Virus record (IMG/VR): IMGVR_UViG_3300035675_000020
Span: 1-35,914 of that record
Direction: 5' to 3' (one strand)
DNA: 35,914 bases
DNA from: a virus
Taxonomy: Duplodnaviria; Caudoviricetes
Position 1 is the stretch's first letter; every line of letters starts with the position of its first letter. The notes under the pieces are model-generated. The model did not search any database. It was not told the origin of the DNA and saw only the letters and a list, made by a program, of their open reading frames with translations. Below are positions 1-9,029 of this stretch, one piece after another. The translations under genes were made by a program, and so were the position numbers.

Positions 1-1
1 T

Positions 2-61
2 GACGAGTTAGCGATTGATCCAGAAGAGGACAGTGAAGGTTATCCGAGTTTAATTGATTAA
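2..61 (+). CDS. 3' end of an upstream gene (partial)
   Basis: Open frame DELAIDPEEDSEGYPSLID* ending at TAA 59-61, just before the next gene. Confidence 0.5.
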   Translation, partial: DELAIDPEEDSEGYPSLID

Positions 62-69
62 TAATAGTT

Positions 70-831
70 ATGGAAAAATTTGTTCTATACGGCGGGGATG
101 TGGAGTTGATGTTTGATACGGACAAACATATATACACTATCGGAGATAAGGTTGTTTATGGGGTCACTTCAATTGTTGGTGTATTAAGCAAGCCAGCGCT
201 TGTTAACTGGGCGGCTAAGATGTCGGCTGATAGATTCAAAGAATTAATTCAACCAGGCGCTGTGTATAGTGAGGTTCAATTAGCGGAATTTTACGGCGAT
301 ATCAAGGGAGCACACTACAAGAGGAGTTCGCAGGCGTTGGATATCGGAACCATAGTTCATGACTGGATAGAGGGTTATATTACATACAAGCTTGGTACTG
401 CGGAACGACCAATCGATTTGATTGATAAGCGAGCTAAGGGGTGTGCGGACGCTTTTCTTGATTGGGAATCTAAGCATAGCGTGAAGTATGTGTATACCGA
501 GAGGAAGATATACTCAAAGAAGCATGAGTACGCAGGCACGTTGGATATACTGGCAATTGTGGACAACGAGCTAACGGTTATTGATATCAAGACAAGCTCA
601 GGGATTTATGAGGAGTATTTCTTGCAGACGGCGGCATACTCACTAGCCATAGAGGAGGAGTTTGGGAAGAAAGTAGGGAATAATATTATTCTAAGGGTTG
701 ACAAGACAGGGGCGGGTTTTGAAGCTTGCGAGAACAAGGATATCGAGAATTCTTTCCAAGCGTTTAGCGCATGCAAATTGCTCTATGAGTATAGGATGAA
801 TGAAGTTAAAAGGACAAAGGAATTAAATTAA
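70..831 (+). CDS. PD-(D/E)XK exonuclease (Cas4/RecB-like phage recombination nuclease)
   Basis: Motifs GVTSIVG, GTIVHDWIE, E..YAGTLD...IDIKTS and LQTAAY match the PD-(D/E)XK motif series. Confidence 0.85.
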   Translation: MEKFVLYGGDVELMFDTDKHIYTIGDKVVYGVTSIVGVLSKPALVNWAAKMSADRFKELIQPGAVYSEVQLAEFYGDIKGAHYKRSSQALDIGTIVHDWIEGYITYKLGTAERPIDLIDKRAKGCADAFLDWESKHSVKYVYTERKIYSKKHEYAGTLDILAIVDNELTVIDIKTSSGIYEEYFLQTAAYSLAIEEEFGKKVGNNIILRVDKTGAGFEACENKDIENSFQAFSACKLLYEYRMNEVKRTKELN

Positions 832-844
832 TTAATTATATATT

Positions 845-1198
845 ATGCAGATCAAGATATTATCTATAGTTGGTTTTGACGCTACCACAAAGAGTGGTGC
901 GCCCGCTAGAAGGTATGTAATAACAGTTGATAACCCGGCTCAATACAATCTAGCTGGATTTAATGGGGAGTGTACGTTCTTTGACACGAACGGAAGCGCA
1001 GCTGGTTGGAAGGTCGGTGATGTAATAGACATTTTTGAGATAAAGCCTAATCAGTCGGCTAATGGAAGGATGTACTACAACATATGGAAAACCGCCCCTA
1101 GAAATGGTGGCGCTGGCATTGCGAAAGAGATTGAGGATATCAAGGCTAGACTAGAGAGATTAGAGAAAGCGTCTAACGTAACTATTAGCGGGTTTTAA
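845..1198 (+). CDS. Hypothetical protein, possible OB-fold ssDNA-binding protein
   Basis: Beta-rich N-terminus (WKVGDVIDI, GRMYYNI), short coiled coil, C-terminal Phe; follows the exonuclease. Confidence 0.4.
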   Translation: MQIKILSIVGFDATTKSGAPARRYVITVDNPAQYNLAGFNGECTFFDTNGSAAGWKVGDVIDIFEIKPNQSANGRMYYNIWKTAPRNGGAGIAKEIEDIKARLERLEKASNVTISGF

Positions 1199-1626
1199 TG
1201 GATGTTAGTGAAATAGTAGACAAAATCTATGGTATACGCGACGAAATCATTAACGGAACCATCAATCGTGATGACGGCAACATGTTGAGTAGAAAGGCCG
1301 TTCTATTAGCGGCGTACAAAATGAGCCTTGGTGATGAGTTAACTAGTGCCAAGATTACGCACGACCAAGCAAAAACCAACACAAAGTTTAAAGAGTCTAC
1401 ACTTACAATGAAGTATAAGAATAGTGGTTTAGGGGTTGGCGAAGCAAAGGAGAGGGCGATTATTGATAATGTGGAATTTATAAAGACTGAAAGTGATGCT
1501 TACGAGTCATACGAGCGGTTGAAAAATCTTTATGAGGATACGGATAGACTGATTAGTACACTACAAACCAGAATTAAAGTTTTACTATCAGAACGTGAAA
1601 TTTCGAGGAGTAACCTACAAACTTAG
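1198..1626 (+). CDS. Hypothetical coiled-coil protein (possible recombination mediator)
   Basis: All-helical heptad pattern; start overlaps the upstream stop (TAATG). Confidence 0.5.
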   Translation: MDVSEIVDKIYGIRDEIINGTINRDDGNMLSRKAVLLAAYKMSLGDELTSAKITHDQAKTNTKFKESTLTMKYKNSGLGVGEAKERAIIDNVEFIKTESDAYESYERLKNLYEDTDRLISTLQTRIKVLLSEREISRSNLQT

Positions 1627-1651
1627 ATTAATTTTGTGAAGGACAAATTTA

Positions 1652-1978
1652 ATGGCGATTAAAAAAAGGGAATATACCGAAAAAGAGGAAGTTGAAAATA
1701 CCTACATGGAAACAGAATACGCATGTGATGGATGTGGGGTTTCTTTGGGTACAGAGACTTACGACATTGATGGGCGGTGCGTCGAAAAACGTAAGCCGCG
1801 CGGGGAGTTGAACATCGAATTACGGGTGCCAGATTCATTTGATGATGACGAATGGGACTTAGGTCTTAAAGATTCAGCGAATCTGATATTCTGCAAGGAG
1901 TGTGTTAATAAGTGCAATCTTAAGGAGTTAGTTAAGGAATTTATAAAGAATGGCAAAGATGAAGAAGCCAAAGACTGA
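1652..1978 (+). CDS. Zinc-finger-like hypothetical protein
   Basis: CDGC and CKEC pairs. Confidence 0.6.
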   Translation: MAIKKREYTEKEEVENTYMETEYACDGCGVSLGTETYDIDGRCVEKRKPRGELNIELRVPDSFDDDEWDLGLKDSANLIFCKECVNKCNLKELVKEFIKNGKDEEAKD

Positions 1979-2360
1979 GGTAACGTTTAAAATCGACAAG
2001 TTGCCGGTAACGGAAAACAGTGCTGTTCGTATGACAGCCCGAGGTGGGTACAAGACAAAATTGTTTAGGCAATGGGAGCGAGCTGTTGTTGAGCAGTTAG
2101 AAGACAAGATCATAGCTATCAGTCCTGAATACGGTGTAGAGATAATTTTCTCGTACCCATTGAAATTTAAGAACGGAAACTTGAAGCATAAGGACGCTCA
2201 CAACATGATTAAGTATGCAATCGATACTATTCTTGCTCATAAATTATTAGACAGTAAAAACAACAGGATAGACGATAGTGTCATATCGGAGGGAAGTTGG
2301 GCAAGATTAGACAGTGACAAAGACGGATTGGAAATAACTTTTTATACGATAGGGAGATAA
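1950..2360 (+). CDS. rusA: RusA-like Holliday junction resolvase
   Basis: LPVTEN, KDAHNMIKYAIDTI and IDDSVI match the RusA D..N..K...D and DD motifs. Confidence 0.75.
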   Translation: MAKMKKPKTEVTFKIDKLPVTENSAVRMTARGGYKTKLFRQWERAVVEQLEDKIIAISPEYGVEIIFSYPLKFKNGNLKHKDAHNMIKYAIDTILAHKLLDSKNNRIDDSVISEGSWARLDSDKDGLEITFYTIGR

Positions 2361-2665
2361 TGAACAGAGTAACTAAAGCAGATGTTATAGAGGAATTGGT
2401 GCGTATGGGCGTTAGACCACAAACCTTAATAGCTAAGAAGGTAGGGGTATCTAGGGAGTATGTGAGATTAATAATCCACGAGCGCAAATTGCCATATAGG
2501 AAAAGGCATAAGTCTATAATCAAAGTACAAGTGGGATTGTCCAGAGAAGAGGAAAGATACTTAAGGAAAGTGAGCAGTGGCGCTGGATTGAGTGATACGA
2601 TTAAGCAGGTAGTTCGCGCAAAGATGCATAGCGAGGGGAGGGAAAATTTTAATGAAGAGAGATAA
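2360..2665 (+). CDS. Helix-turn-helix DNA-binding protein
   Basis: QTLIAKKVGVSREYVRLI is a typical HTH; possible ribbon-helix-helix-like C-terminus. Confidence 0.7.
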   Translation: MNRVTKADVIEELVRMGVRPQTLIAKKVGVSREYVRLIIHERKLPYRKRHKSIIKVQVGLSREEERYLRKVSSGAGLSDTIKQVVRAKMHSEGRENFNEER

Positions 2666-2710
2666 CTCTCAAGTTAATTAGCCGACAGCTATCCCTCTTC
2701 TCGCTTTGCA
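2625..2710 (+). promoter_or_regulatory. Putative three-way-junction RNA structure upstream of the glycosyltransferase cluster
   Basis: 2625-2643 pairs with 2692-2710 (18 of 19 bp, two G-U); encloses hairpins gagag/ctctc and tagc/gcta. Confidence 0.5.
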
Positions 2711-2731
2711 GATTAAGTCATTATTATTTAG

Positions 2732-3394
2732 ATGATGATTAATATATACACTGCCTGTTATGGCGGATACGACAATGTAATTGAGCCGCCACTAATTCCC
2801 GATGTGAGGTATACGTTCTTCACGTCGTCAGCGGACTTTCCAAGATTACAGAAGTACAGTACCCGCTGGGACATGGTCATTGATGATTCACACAAAGGCA
2901 TGCATTCAAGAATGGTAGCCAAGTGGTACAAGCTGCACTCGCACGAACTATTTCCCGAAGAAACAAGCTGTTGGATAGACGCTAACATGGAGATTAAGTA
3001 CAATTATCTTGATCTGCTTAAGTACATGGAGCTTGGTTTTGCAGTGCATAAGCATCCGTCTGAGAGAGACTGTTTGTACCAGGAAGCAGGTTTTTGCAAG
3101 ACAATGGAAAAGTACCGAGAGCTTCCAGTCATGGAGCAAGCGGAAGCATACCGCAAAGAGGGAATGCCAGGGCATTATGGCCTATGGGCGTGCGGCAACC
3201 TATTCAGAGAGGACAACGAGCTGGTTAGGAGTATTAACGAGGCGTGGTGGGAGGAATGCGTTAAATGGACTTATCAGGATCAGATTTCCTTTCCTTACGT
3301 ACTATGGAAAAGCGGCGAATGTATTGACACTATAACAGAGAATCAGTATAGTGGTAGATATTTCCGCATTTTAGCGCACAACCGTAATGATTAA
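2732..3394 (+). CDS. DUF616 (TOD1/MUCI70-like) GT-A glycosyltransferase
   Basis: IYTACYGGYD, AKWYKLHSHELF, WIDAN, KHP..RDCLYQEA and WW.E......QDQISFPYVLW. Confidence 0.8.
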   Translation: MMINIYTACYGGYDNVIEPPLIPDVRYTFFTSSADFPRLQKYSTRWDMVIDDSHKGMHSRMVAKWYKLHSHELFPEETSCWIDANMEIKYNYLDLLKYMELGFAVHKHPSERDCLYQEAGFCKTMEKYRELPVMEQAEAYRKEGMPGHYGLWACGNLFREDNELVRSINEAWWEECVKWTYQDQISFPYVLWKSGECIDTITENQYSGRYFRILAHNRND

Positions 3395-4409
3395 TACAAT
3401 TTGCTACATAGCAGGTATTACGGGCATGGGGAAAACTACACTTGCCCACGAATTAGCCAAGAAATACAAAGGGTGTGTTATTAGCGCCGACAAATTCTAC
3501 GATTGGTACGCACACCGTTACGGTGGAAACGCGCAAACTTTAACGCAACGGTCTAAGTGGAACCCCATGTTGAGGCAAGAGAAGTACGATTACTACGAGA
3601 AATTATTTCGCATGTTGTTAGGCTATAATATATTTTTCGTTGAAGGAGCGTCGGTGGCGTACGAGGAAGAGAGGGACGCTATAGAAAGCGGGTGCGGCAA
3701 TTGCCAATCCTTCATGCTTCACTTGAACTATGACAACTGGGACACCAGATTCTTCAGTAAGTATGGTCACGCGCTCGGAGATAGTGAAAGAAGAGCTTTA
3801 AAGGCGTATAACGAGGAATTAGAGAAGCCTGTGTGGTATAATGAATTCAAGAACGAAACCGACATATTGAGTCCGTTGTTATATCAAAGGGACGGGTTCA
3901 CCGATAAGAAGTGGGCGGCTATACAGGCCAAGCAATTTATGTTAGGGAACAACGTGTTAGACATAGGATGCAATGCTGGTTGGTTTGGCAAGTACGCACT
4001 GAAAGACGGGGCGGATAGTTACACAGGTATTGATAATCAATGGAAAGAAGTGCTCGAAGCCAGTGCGAATGTGAGCGGTGATATATACCTTGACAATGCA
4101 CGATTGATAGACACATACAAAAGCAAGTGGGATGTAGTTATCTGTGCGTCCATGTTGCATTATATAACAGACAAAGAGAAGTTGATATCGCGCATAGCGA
4201 GCGTGACTAACGATGTATTCATCTTGGAGGTTCCAGTCAATTTAGCGCATGGTAAGGTAGAAGAGCATAAGCCTGGCAAGGAGTATAAGATACCCAGCAT
4301 GTCTTTGGTGATGTCGTGGCTTACAGAGTATTTTAAAAAGGCGGAAGTCGTTGGGGAATCAGTGTCCCCAGACGACTCGCATAGATTAGTTTTTCATGCA
4401 TTTAAATAA
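3387..4409 (+). CDS. Fusion of a P-loop kinase-like domain and a class I SAM methyltransferase
   Basis: N-terminal Walker A GITGMGKTT plus ISAD; C-terminal VLDIGCNAGWF and DVVICASMLHY. Confidence 0.8.
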   Translation: MINTICYIAGITGMGKTTLAHELAKKYKGCVISADKFYDWYAHRYGGNAQTLTQRSKWNPMLRQEKYDYYEKLFRMLLGYNIFFVEGASVAYEEERDAIESGCGNCQSFMLHLNYDNWDTRFFSKYGHALGDSERRALKAYNEELEKPVWYNEFKNETDILSPLLYQRDGFTDKKWAAIQAKQFMLGNNVLDIGCNAGWFGKYALKDGADSYTGIDNQWKEVLEASANVSGDIYLDNARLIDTYKSKWDVVICASMLHYITDKEKLISRIASVTNDVFILEVPVNLAHGKVEEHKPGKEYKIPSMSLVMSWLTEYFKKAEVVGESVSPDDSHRLVFHAFK

Positions 4410-5029
4410 TGGAAGAAATCAAGCATACTACGTGGTGGCAACGCCATGTGAAAGAATATTTACAAGATTTCAATAAATGGGTCGGGGGTGTAGACAGCCG
4501 ATCGCGGGTAGCAGTCCGTAAGTATGTGATTGAGAAAGGGTATCAATCAGTACTGGACGTTGGGTGTGGCACAGGCGTTTCGCACGAGGGATACTATAAG
4601 GATGGCTATACTGGAGAATACACCGGTGTGGATAATTGTAAGGAAATGGTTGATATAGGTAAGTCTCAAGGAATTAATTGTGTGCTCGCGGACGGGGATA
4701 AATTGCCATTCCCAGACAAATCAATAGATTTTGTGTATTGTAGGCATGTGTTGGAACATCAAGACGAGGGTTATGAGGCTATATTGAAAGAGATGTTAAG
4801 GGTGGCGTCAAAGGAAGTAGTGGCTGTGTTTTTTATGGTGCCAAAGGATATTGAAGAAGACCAGTTCGGATACGATGCCAACCTCAACAATGAAGTGCCA
4901 TTGAACGTGTATTCCATGAAGAAATTGAAGAGGTTTGTAAGTTGCCGAAGACTGAAGAGCGAGTGGGAGTATTTAGGTGGTCCGGCGGGTAGGTATAGCG
5001 AGGCTATATTGCATATATACAAGAAATGA
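4409..5029 (+). CDS. Class I SAM-dependent methyltransferase (Methyltransf_11-like)
   Basis: VLDVGCGTG, TGVD and LPFPDKSIDFVYCRHVLEH. Confidence 0.9.
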   Translation: MEEIKHTTWWQRHVKEYLQDFNKWVGGVDSRSRVAVRKYVIEKGYQSVLDVGCGTGVSHEGYYKDGYTGEYTGVDNCKEMVDIGKSQGINCVLADGDKLPFPDKSIDFVYCRHVLEHQDEGYEAILKEMLRVASKEVVAVFFMVPKDIEEDQFGYDANLNNEVPLNVYSMKKLKRFVSCRRLKSEWEYLGGPAGRYSEAILHIYKK

Positions 5030-5874
5030 AGATTGCCGTGTGTTGCACAATTTACTTTGAGAACGAGCGTCATTTGCAAATGGCTATTGAAAGCTTGACC
5101 ACGTTTAAGAGCCATAAGCATAGCCTAGACATCTATGCATTTGAGAATTTATGTGCACCTGGGTTGAGAGACAGAGCGCAGAGGTTCTTCAAGGAGTGGT
5201 ATGTGAACGATAGGAACTGTTTAGCCGCAAGTTGGAACAGGGGTATAAAGTATGGGTTCGACAATAGTTACGATTACGTTATAGTGCCTAACCTAGACGT
5301 TATACTCAACGACGACACGATTGATAAGCTAGTTGAGTACGCAGAAAAGCATAAGGACTATGGTATGTTTTCACCGTGGTGTACCAATAAAGATAGGGGG
5401 CGTCCGCGCAAGACGTACGATGTGAAGCCAGACTACACCTCGTATGACACGTATGCGTTCTTCATGGTCAATAGAAATTTCCTGACAATGGAGGAGGATA
5501 TACCAGAGTTTGATATTGTTACTATGCAATCAGGAGACACAAAGCCCATGTTGTTTGACGAGAACCACAAGCCTGCTTACGGAGAGGATGTTGACATGCA
5601 AATCAGAATGAACGCAAAAGGATTGAAGCATGTGTGCTACTATAGCAGTAAGTTCATACACTACGATTGCGCAACAATACGGTTGCACTCCAATCCAGGG
5701 AAAGCCATGGAAGAACTCACAGAGCGTGCAGGTAGTGGAAGATACTTTGAGTTGAAGTGGGGCGGTCAACCAAGGGAACAGAAGTACGAGAGGCCATGGA
5801 TGGGATTTAAGGGATACGACGACATGAAAGCACACGAAGCGAGCTATACTATTAGGAAGAAAATACTATCATGA
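5026..5874 (+). CDS. GT2-family glycosyltransferase
   Basis: LAASWNRGI, YDYVIVPNLDV and FDE...AYGEDVD. Confidence 0.8.
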   Translation: MKIAVCCTIYFENERHLQMAIESLTTFKSHKHSLDIYAFENLCAPGLRDRAQRFFKEWYVNDRNCLAASWNRGIKYGFDNSYDYVIVPNLDVILNDDTIDKLVEYAEKHKDYGMFSPWCTNKDRGRPRKTYDVKPDYTSYDTYAFFMVNRNFLTMEEDIPEFDIVTMQSGDTKPMLFDENHKPAYGEDVDMQIRMNAKGLKHVCYYSSKFIHYDCATIRLHSNPGKAMEELTERAGSGRYFELKWGGQPREQKYERPWMGFKGYDDMKAHEASYTIRKKILS

Positions 5875-7064
5875 TAGACTGGAAAATAGAAAAAAGAAAA
5901 TTAAGTGAATTAAAAGAACTTCCTAACAACCCCAGGAGGATTAGCAATGATCATTTTGAGCGGCTCAAGAAGAAACTTTCAGAAAGGGGCTTTCACGATG
6001 TTATAAAGATTGACACTAACGGGTGTGTATTGTCAGGTAACCAAAGGCTGCGAGCAATGAAAGAGCTATGGGGTGATATTGAAGTTGATGTAAAAGTACC
6101 TGACAGGGAACTAACCGAAGAGGAGAGAAAGAAGATCGTACTTGAGAGCAACCAGAACGAGGGGGAGTTTGATATTGATATACTAGCCAATGAGTTTGAA
6201 GATATACTGGAAGAGGTTGGGCTTGATGATTTGTTGCCTGAGGTTATAGATGAAGTCGAGGAGGATGATTATCAGGAACCTGCGAAGTTGTCTAGCAAGG
6301 TTAAGCTAGGGGAGGTGTGGCAATTAGGTAACCATCGTTTAATGTGCGGAGATAGCACGAAGATAGAAGATGTAGAGAAGTTGATGAATGGCGAAAAGGC
6401 GGACATGGTGTTTACAGACCCTCCTTATGGTGTAAATTATGCTTCAAAGAATGAGTTTCTTAACAGACAAGATAAAGGCAACTGTATCCAAGTGGATATA
6501 GAGAACGATACGATGACCGTAGGCGAGACTGCGGATTTTATATATAAGTGTTTTGTAAATTTGAGACTATCGCTAGCCGATAAGTCTTCTTATTATATTA
6601 CTGCACCACAAGGAGGCGACCTATTAATGGTGATGATGATGATGATGCAAAAAGCAGATATACCATTGAGGCATATGTTAGTATGGGTTAAAAATAATCA
6701 TGTATTAGGCAGGACAGATTACAACTACAAGCATGAACCTATACTCTATGGTTGGATAAATACGCATAACTTCTATGGAAAAGGTGAATGGAAGTTTTCT
6801 ACATGGGAAATAGACAAGCCACTCAAGAATGATTTGCACCCCACAATGAAGCCAATAGCACTAATGATAAATGCGATAAGAAACTCCACCTTAAAAGATA
6901 ATATGGTATTAGACCTCTTCGGTGGCTCAGGTTCTACCCTAATAGCCTGTGAGCAAACTAATAGAAGGTGCTATATGATGGAATTAGATGAGCATTATTG
7001 CGATGTGATTATAGACAGATGGGAGAAACTAGCTAATAAAGAAGCAGTTAAAATATCAAGTTAG
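5871..7064 (+). CDS. ParB-N domain fused to an N4/N6 DNA methyltransferase
   Basis: PNNPRRI and VLSGNQRLRA (ParB); HRLMCGDST, DPPY, HPTMKP and DLFGGSGST (methylase). Confidence 0.93.
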   Translation: MIDWKIEKRKLSELKELPNNPRRISNDHFERLKKKLSERGFHDVIKIDTNGCVLSGNQRLRAMKELWGDIEVDVKVPDRELTEEERKKIVLESNQNEGEFDIDILANEFEDILEEVGLDDLLPEVIDEVEEDDYQEPAKLSSKVKLGEVWQLGNHRLMCGDSTKIEDVEKLMNGEKADMVFTDPPYGVNYASKNEFLNRQDKGNCIQVDIENDTMTVGETADFIYKCFVNLRLSLADKSSYYITAPQGGDLLMVMMMMMQKADIPLRHMLVWVKNNHVLGRTDYNYKHEPILYGWINTHNFYGKGEWKFSTWEIDKPLKNDLHPTMKPIALMINAIRNSTLKDNMVLDLFGGSGSTLIACEQTNRRCYMMELDEHYCDVIIDRWEKLANKEAVKISS

Positions 7065-7069
7065 AGACA

Positions 7070-7459
7070 GTGGAAAACACGAAGAAAAACACAGGAGGAG
7101 CGTCTGGAAAGGGCTTTGATGTACTAGGTCAACCGTCACCAGAAGCCAAAAAGAAAGGATGGGAACGTAGAAGAGCAGCTCAAGAGATTATGAATATAAT
7201 GGATGATTATAGAAAGATGCCATACGGTGAGTTGAAGAAGCTTATTGAGGATGTTAAAGCTGATCCTGATAGTCATACGGTACAAGAGGTGAAGCTTGCT
7301 GGTTACATGTCGAGTCCTAAGTTTACTATAGACTGGCTAGATAGACATGTAAGCAAGGCGCCTCTGGAGACCAGTCTAGATGTAACAAGTGGTGGTGAAA
7401 AGATAACGGCCGGAATATTTGTAAAGAGCCCTACTGGTGAAGACTTACCAACCTCATAA
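7070..7459 (+). CDS. terS: Terminase small subunit (putative)
   Basis: GTG start; directly upstream of terL; C-terminal LDVTSGGEKI motif typical of small subunits. Confidence 0.65.
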   Translation: MENTKKNTGGASGKGFDVLGQPSPEAKKKGWERRRAAQEIMNIMDDYRKMPYGELKKLIEDVKADPDSHTVQEVKLAGYMSSPKFTIDWLDRHVSKAPLETSLDVTSGGEKITAGIFVKSPTGEDLPTS

Positions 7460-8750
7460 ATACCAAGTACAATTCCACAAGAGCAGTGCACGATTCAGGT
7501 GTGTCTTTGCAGGCCGTAGAGGAGGTAAGACACTAGCGGGAACCATAGAAGCATTGTGGCAAGCAGACCAGAGACCTTGTAAAGGCTGGATAGTAGCTCC
7601 GACATATCCGATGTTATCTGATATCAACATCCCCACAATATTCGAGTGGTTACCTCGGTCTAGTATCAGGGATTGGAACAAACAACATAAGCAATTGATA
7701 CTTACCAATGGATCGGAGATATCTTTCAGGTCTGCAGAAGACCCGGACAAACTGAGAGGTATTGGATTGGATTGGCTTTGGATAGACGAAGCTTCTTTTG
7801 TTAAATCAGGGTTATGGGAAATTATTTACCCTGCGCTTACAGACAAGAATGGCATAGCCTGGATAACCACAACCCCGAAAGGCTATGACTGGGTACATAA
7901 CACGTTTTACATTCCTGCAAGTAAAGGCGATCCAGACTTTGAGATTTGGAAGTACTCTACACTAGATAATCCGAACATTGACAAACTTATGGTAGCCAAG
8001 GCACGGGAGAACCTGTCGCCGACTATGTTTAGACAGGAGTATGAGGCAAGCTTTGAGAAGTTTGAAGGATTGGTGTATCCAGAGTTCAGTAAGGACAATA
8101 TAGTAGAGAATACCAAGGTCGATCGTGACGACTTGTTCTTTGTAGGTATAGACGCGGGATTTACTAATCCAACAGCGGTGGTGTTCATGGCGGAAGATCA
8201 TTTGCACAATATAAGGGTGATAGACGAGATATACGAGACTCAGATGTCTATCCCGCAAGTATGCAAGCTTATAAAGGAGCATAGGGAAGCATTAGGGAAG
8301 TTCACCTCGGACGGCAGGGTTCCAAAGATAGAGAACTACATTATTGACCCTAGTACACGGGCTGTGAATCAACAAACCATGATGAGTATAAAAGACCAAT
8401 ACATAGAAAATGGCATTCCTGTTATTGAAGGTATTAACGATGTGCGAGCGGGAATAGATAGAGTTAGGCAGTATCTCACAGGCGATGCGAAGTTGTATGT
8501 TGATGGTAGATGTTTGAATGTTATTCGAGAGTTCAGCAATTATGTGTGGGATCCGGCACCGAAGGACGGGTCTAATCTCGACGAAAGGCCAAGAAAGATG
8601 TTTGACCATGCCTTGGATGCTATACGGTACGTTATCATGGATAGACCAGACTGGTATACTCATGTGCAGCGTGATAGGTTTGATAAGATAGTGAATCGAG
8701 ACAACGGTTTGGTAACGCAAGGTAGGGATATATGGTCTGTAATGGACTAA
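7437..8750 (+). CDS. terL: Terminase large subunit
   Basis: PHKYQ, AGRRGGKT (Walker A), LWIDEA (Walker B), TTTPKG, nuclease GIDAG and DHALDAIRY. Confidence 0.97.
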   Translation: MKTYQPHKYQVQFHKSSARFRCVFAGRRGGKTLAGTIEALWQADQRPCKGWIVAPTYPMLSDINIPTIFEWLPRSSIRDWNKQHKQLILTNGSEISFRSAEDPDKLRGIGLDWLWIDEASFVKSGLWEIIYPALTDKNGIAWITTTPKGYDWVHNTFYIPASKGDPDFEIWKYSTLDNPNIDKLMVAKARENLSPTMFRQEYEASFEKFEGLVYPEFSKDNIVENTKVDRDDLFFVGIDAGFTNPTAVVFMAEDHLHNIRVIDEIYETQMSIPQVCKLIKEHREALGKFTSDGRVPKIENYIIDPSTRAVNQQTMMSIKDQYIENGIPVIEGINDVRAGIDRVRQYLTGDAKLYVDGRCLNVIREFSNYVWDPAPKDGSNLDERPRKMFDHALDAIRYVIMDRPDWYTHVQRDRFDKIVNRDNGLVTQGRDIWSVMD

Positions 8751-8759
8751 TTCGCTCAA

Positions 8760-8788
8760 TTGACGTGAAATTAAATTTATTCTAAGGT
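8760..8788 (+). promoter_or_regulatory. Putative sigma70-type promoter for the head operon
   Basis: TTGACG-17 bp-TAAGGT with TTAAATTT in the spacer; ATG 8796 lies 7 nt downstream. Confidence 0.45.
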
Positions 8789-8795
8789 GATTAGT

Positions 8796-9029
8796 ATGGA
8801 AGCTTTTATGATAATCTTTACAGCAGGACTATTGTGTTTAATGGGTTGGAGAGAGTACTTATCGCATGTTGAGCGCATTGCAATGGCCAAGATTAACAAG
8901 GTGAAGGACATCAATGAATTAGCCTTTATGTTTCCAGATAGTGTGCCTCATGTAACAGACGAGAAGCCCACTAACGAGAAACCACTCGAGGCAATAACTT
9001 TAGAGGACTTAAGAAATGGCAAAGAATGA
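8796..9029 (+). CDS. Small protein with an N-terminal transmembrane helix
   Basis: MEAFMIIFTAGLLCLMGW; lies between terL and portal; alternative GTG start at 8787. Confidence 0.65.
   Translation: MEAFMIIFTAGLLCLMGWREYLSHVERIAMAKINKVKDINELAFMFPDSVPHVTDEKPTNEKPLEAITLEDLRNGKE

Noticed and set aside
2625-2710. Hammerhead ribozyme reading of the three-way junction
   Set aside because: The core CUGANGA and GAAA sequences are absent.
6626-6647. (GAT)n run encoding poly-Met in the DNA methylase as a phase-variation tract
   Set aside because: A triplet repeat keeps the reading frame, so it cannot switch the gene on or off.
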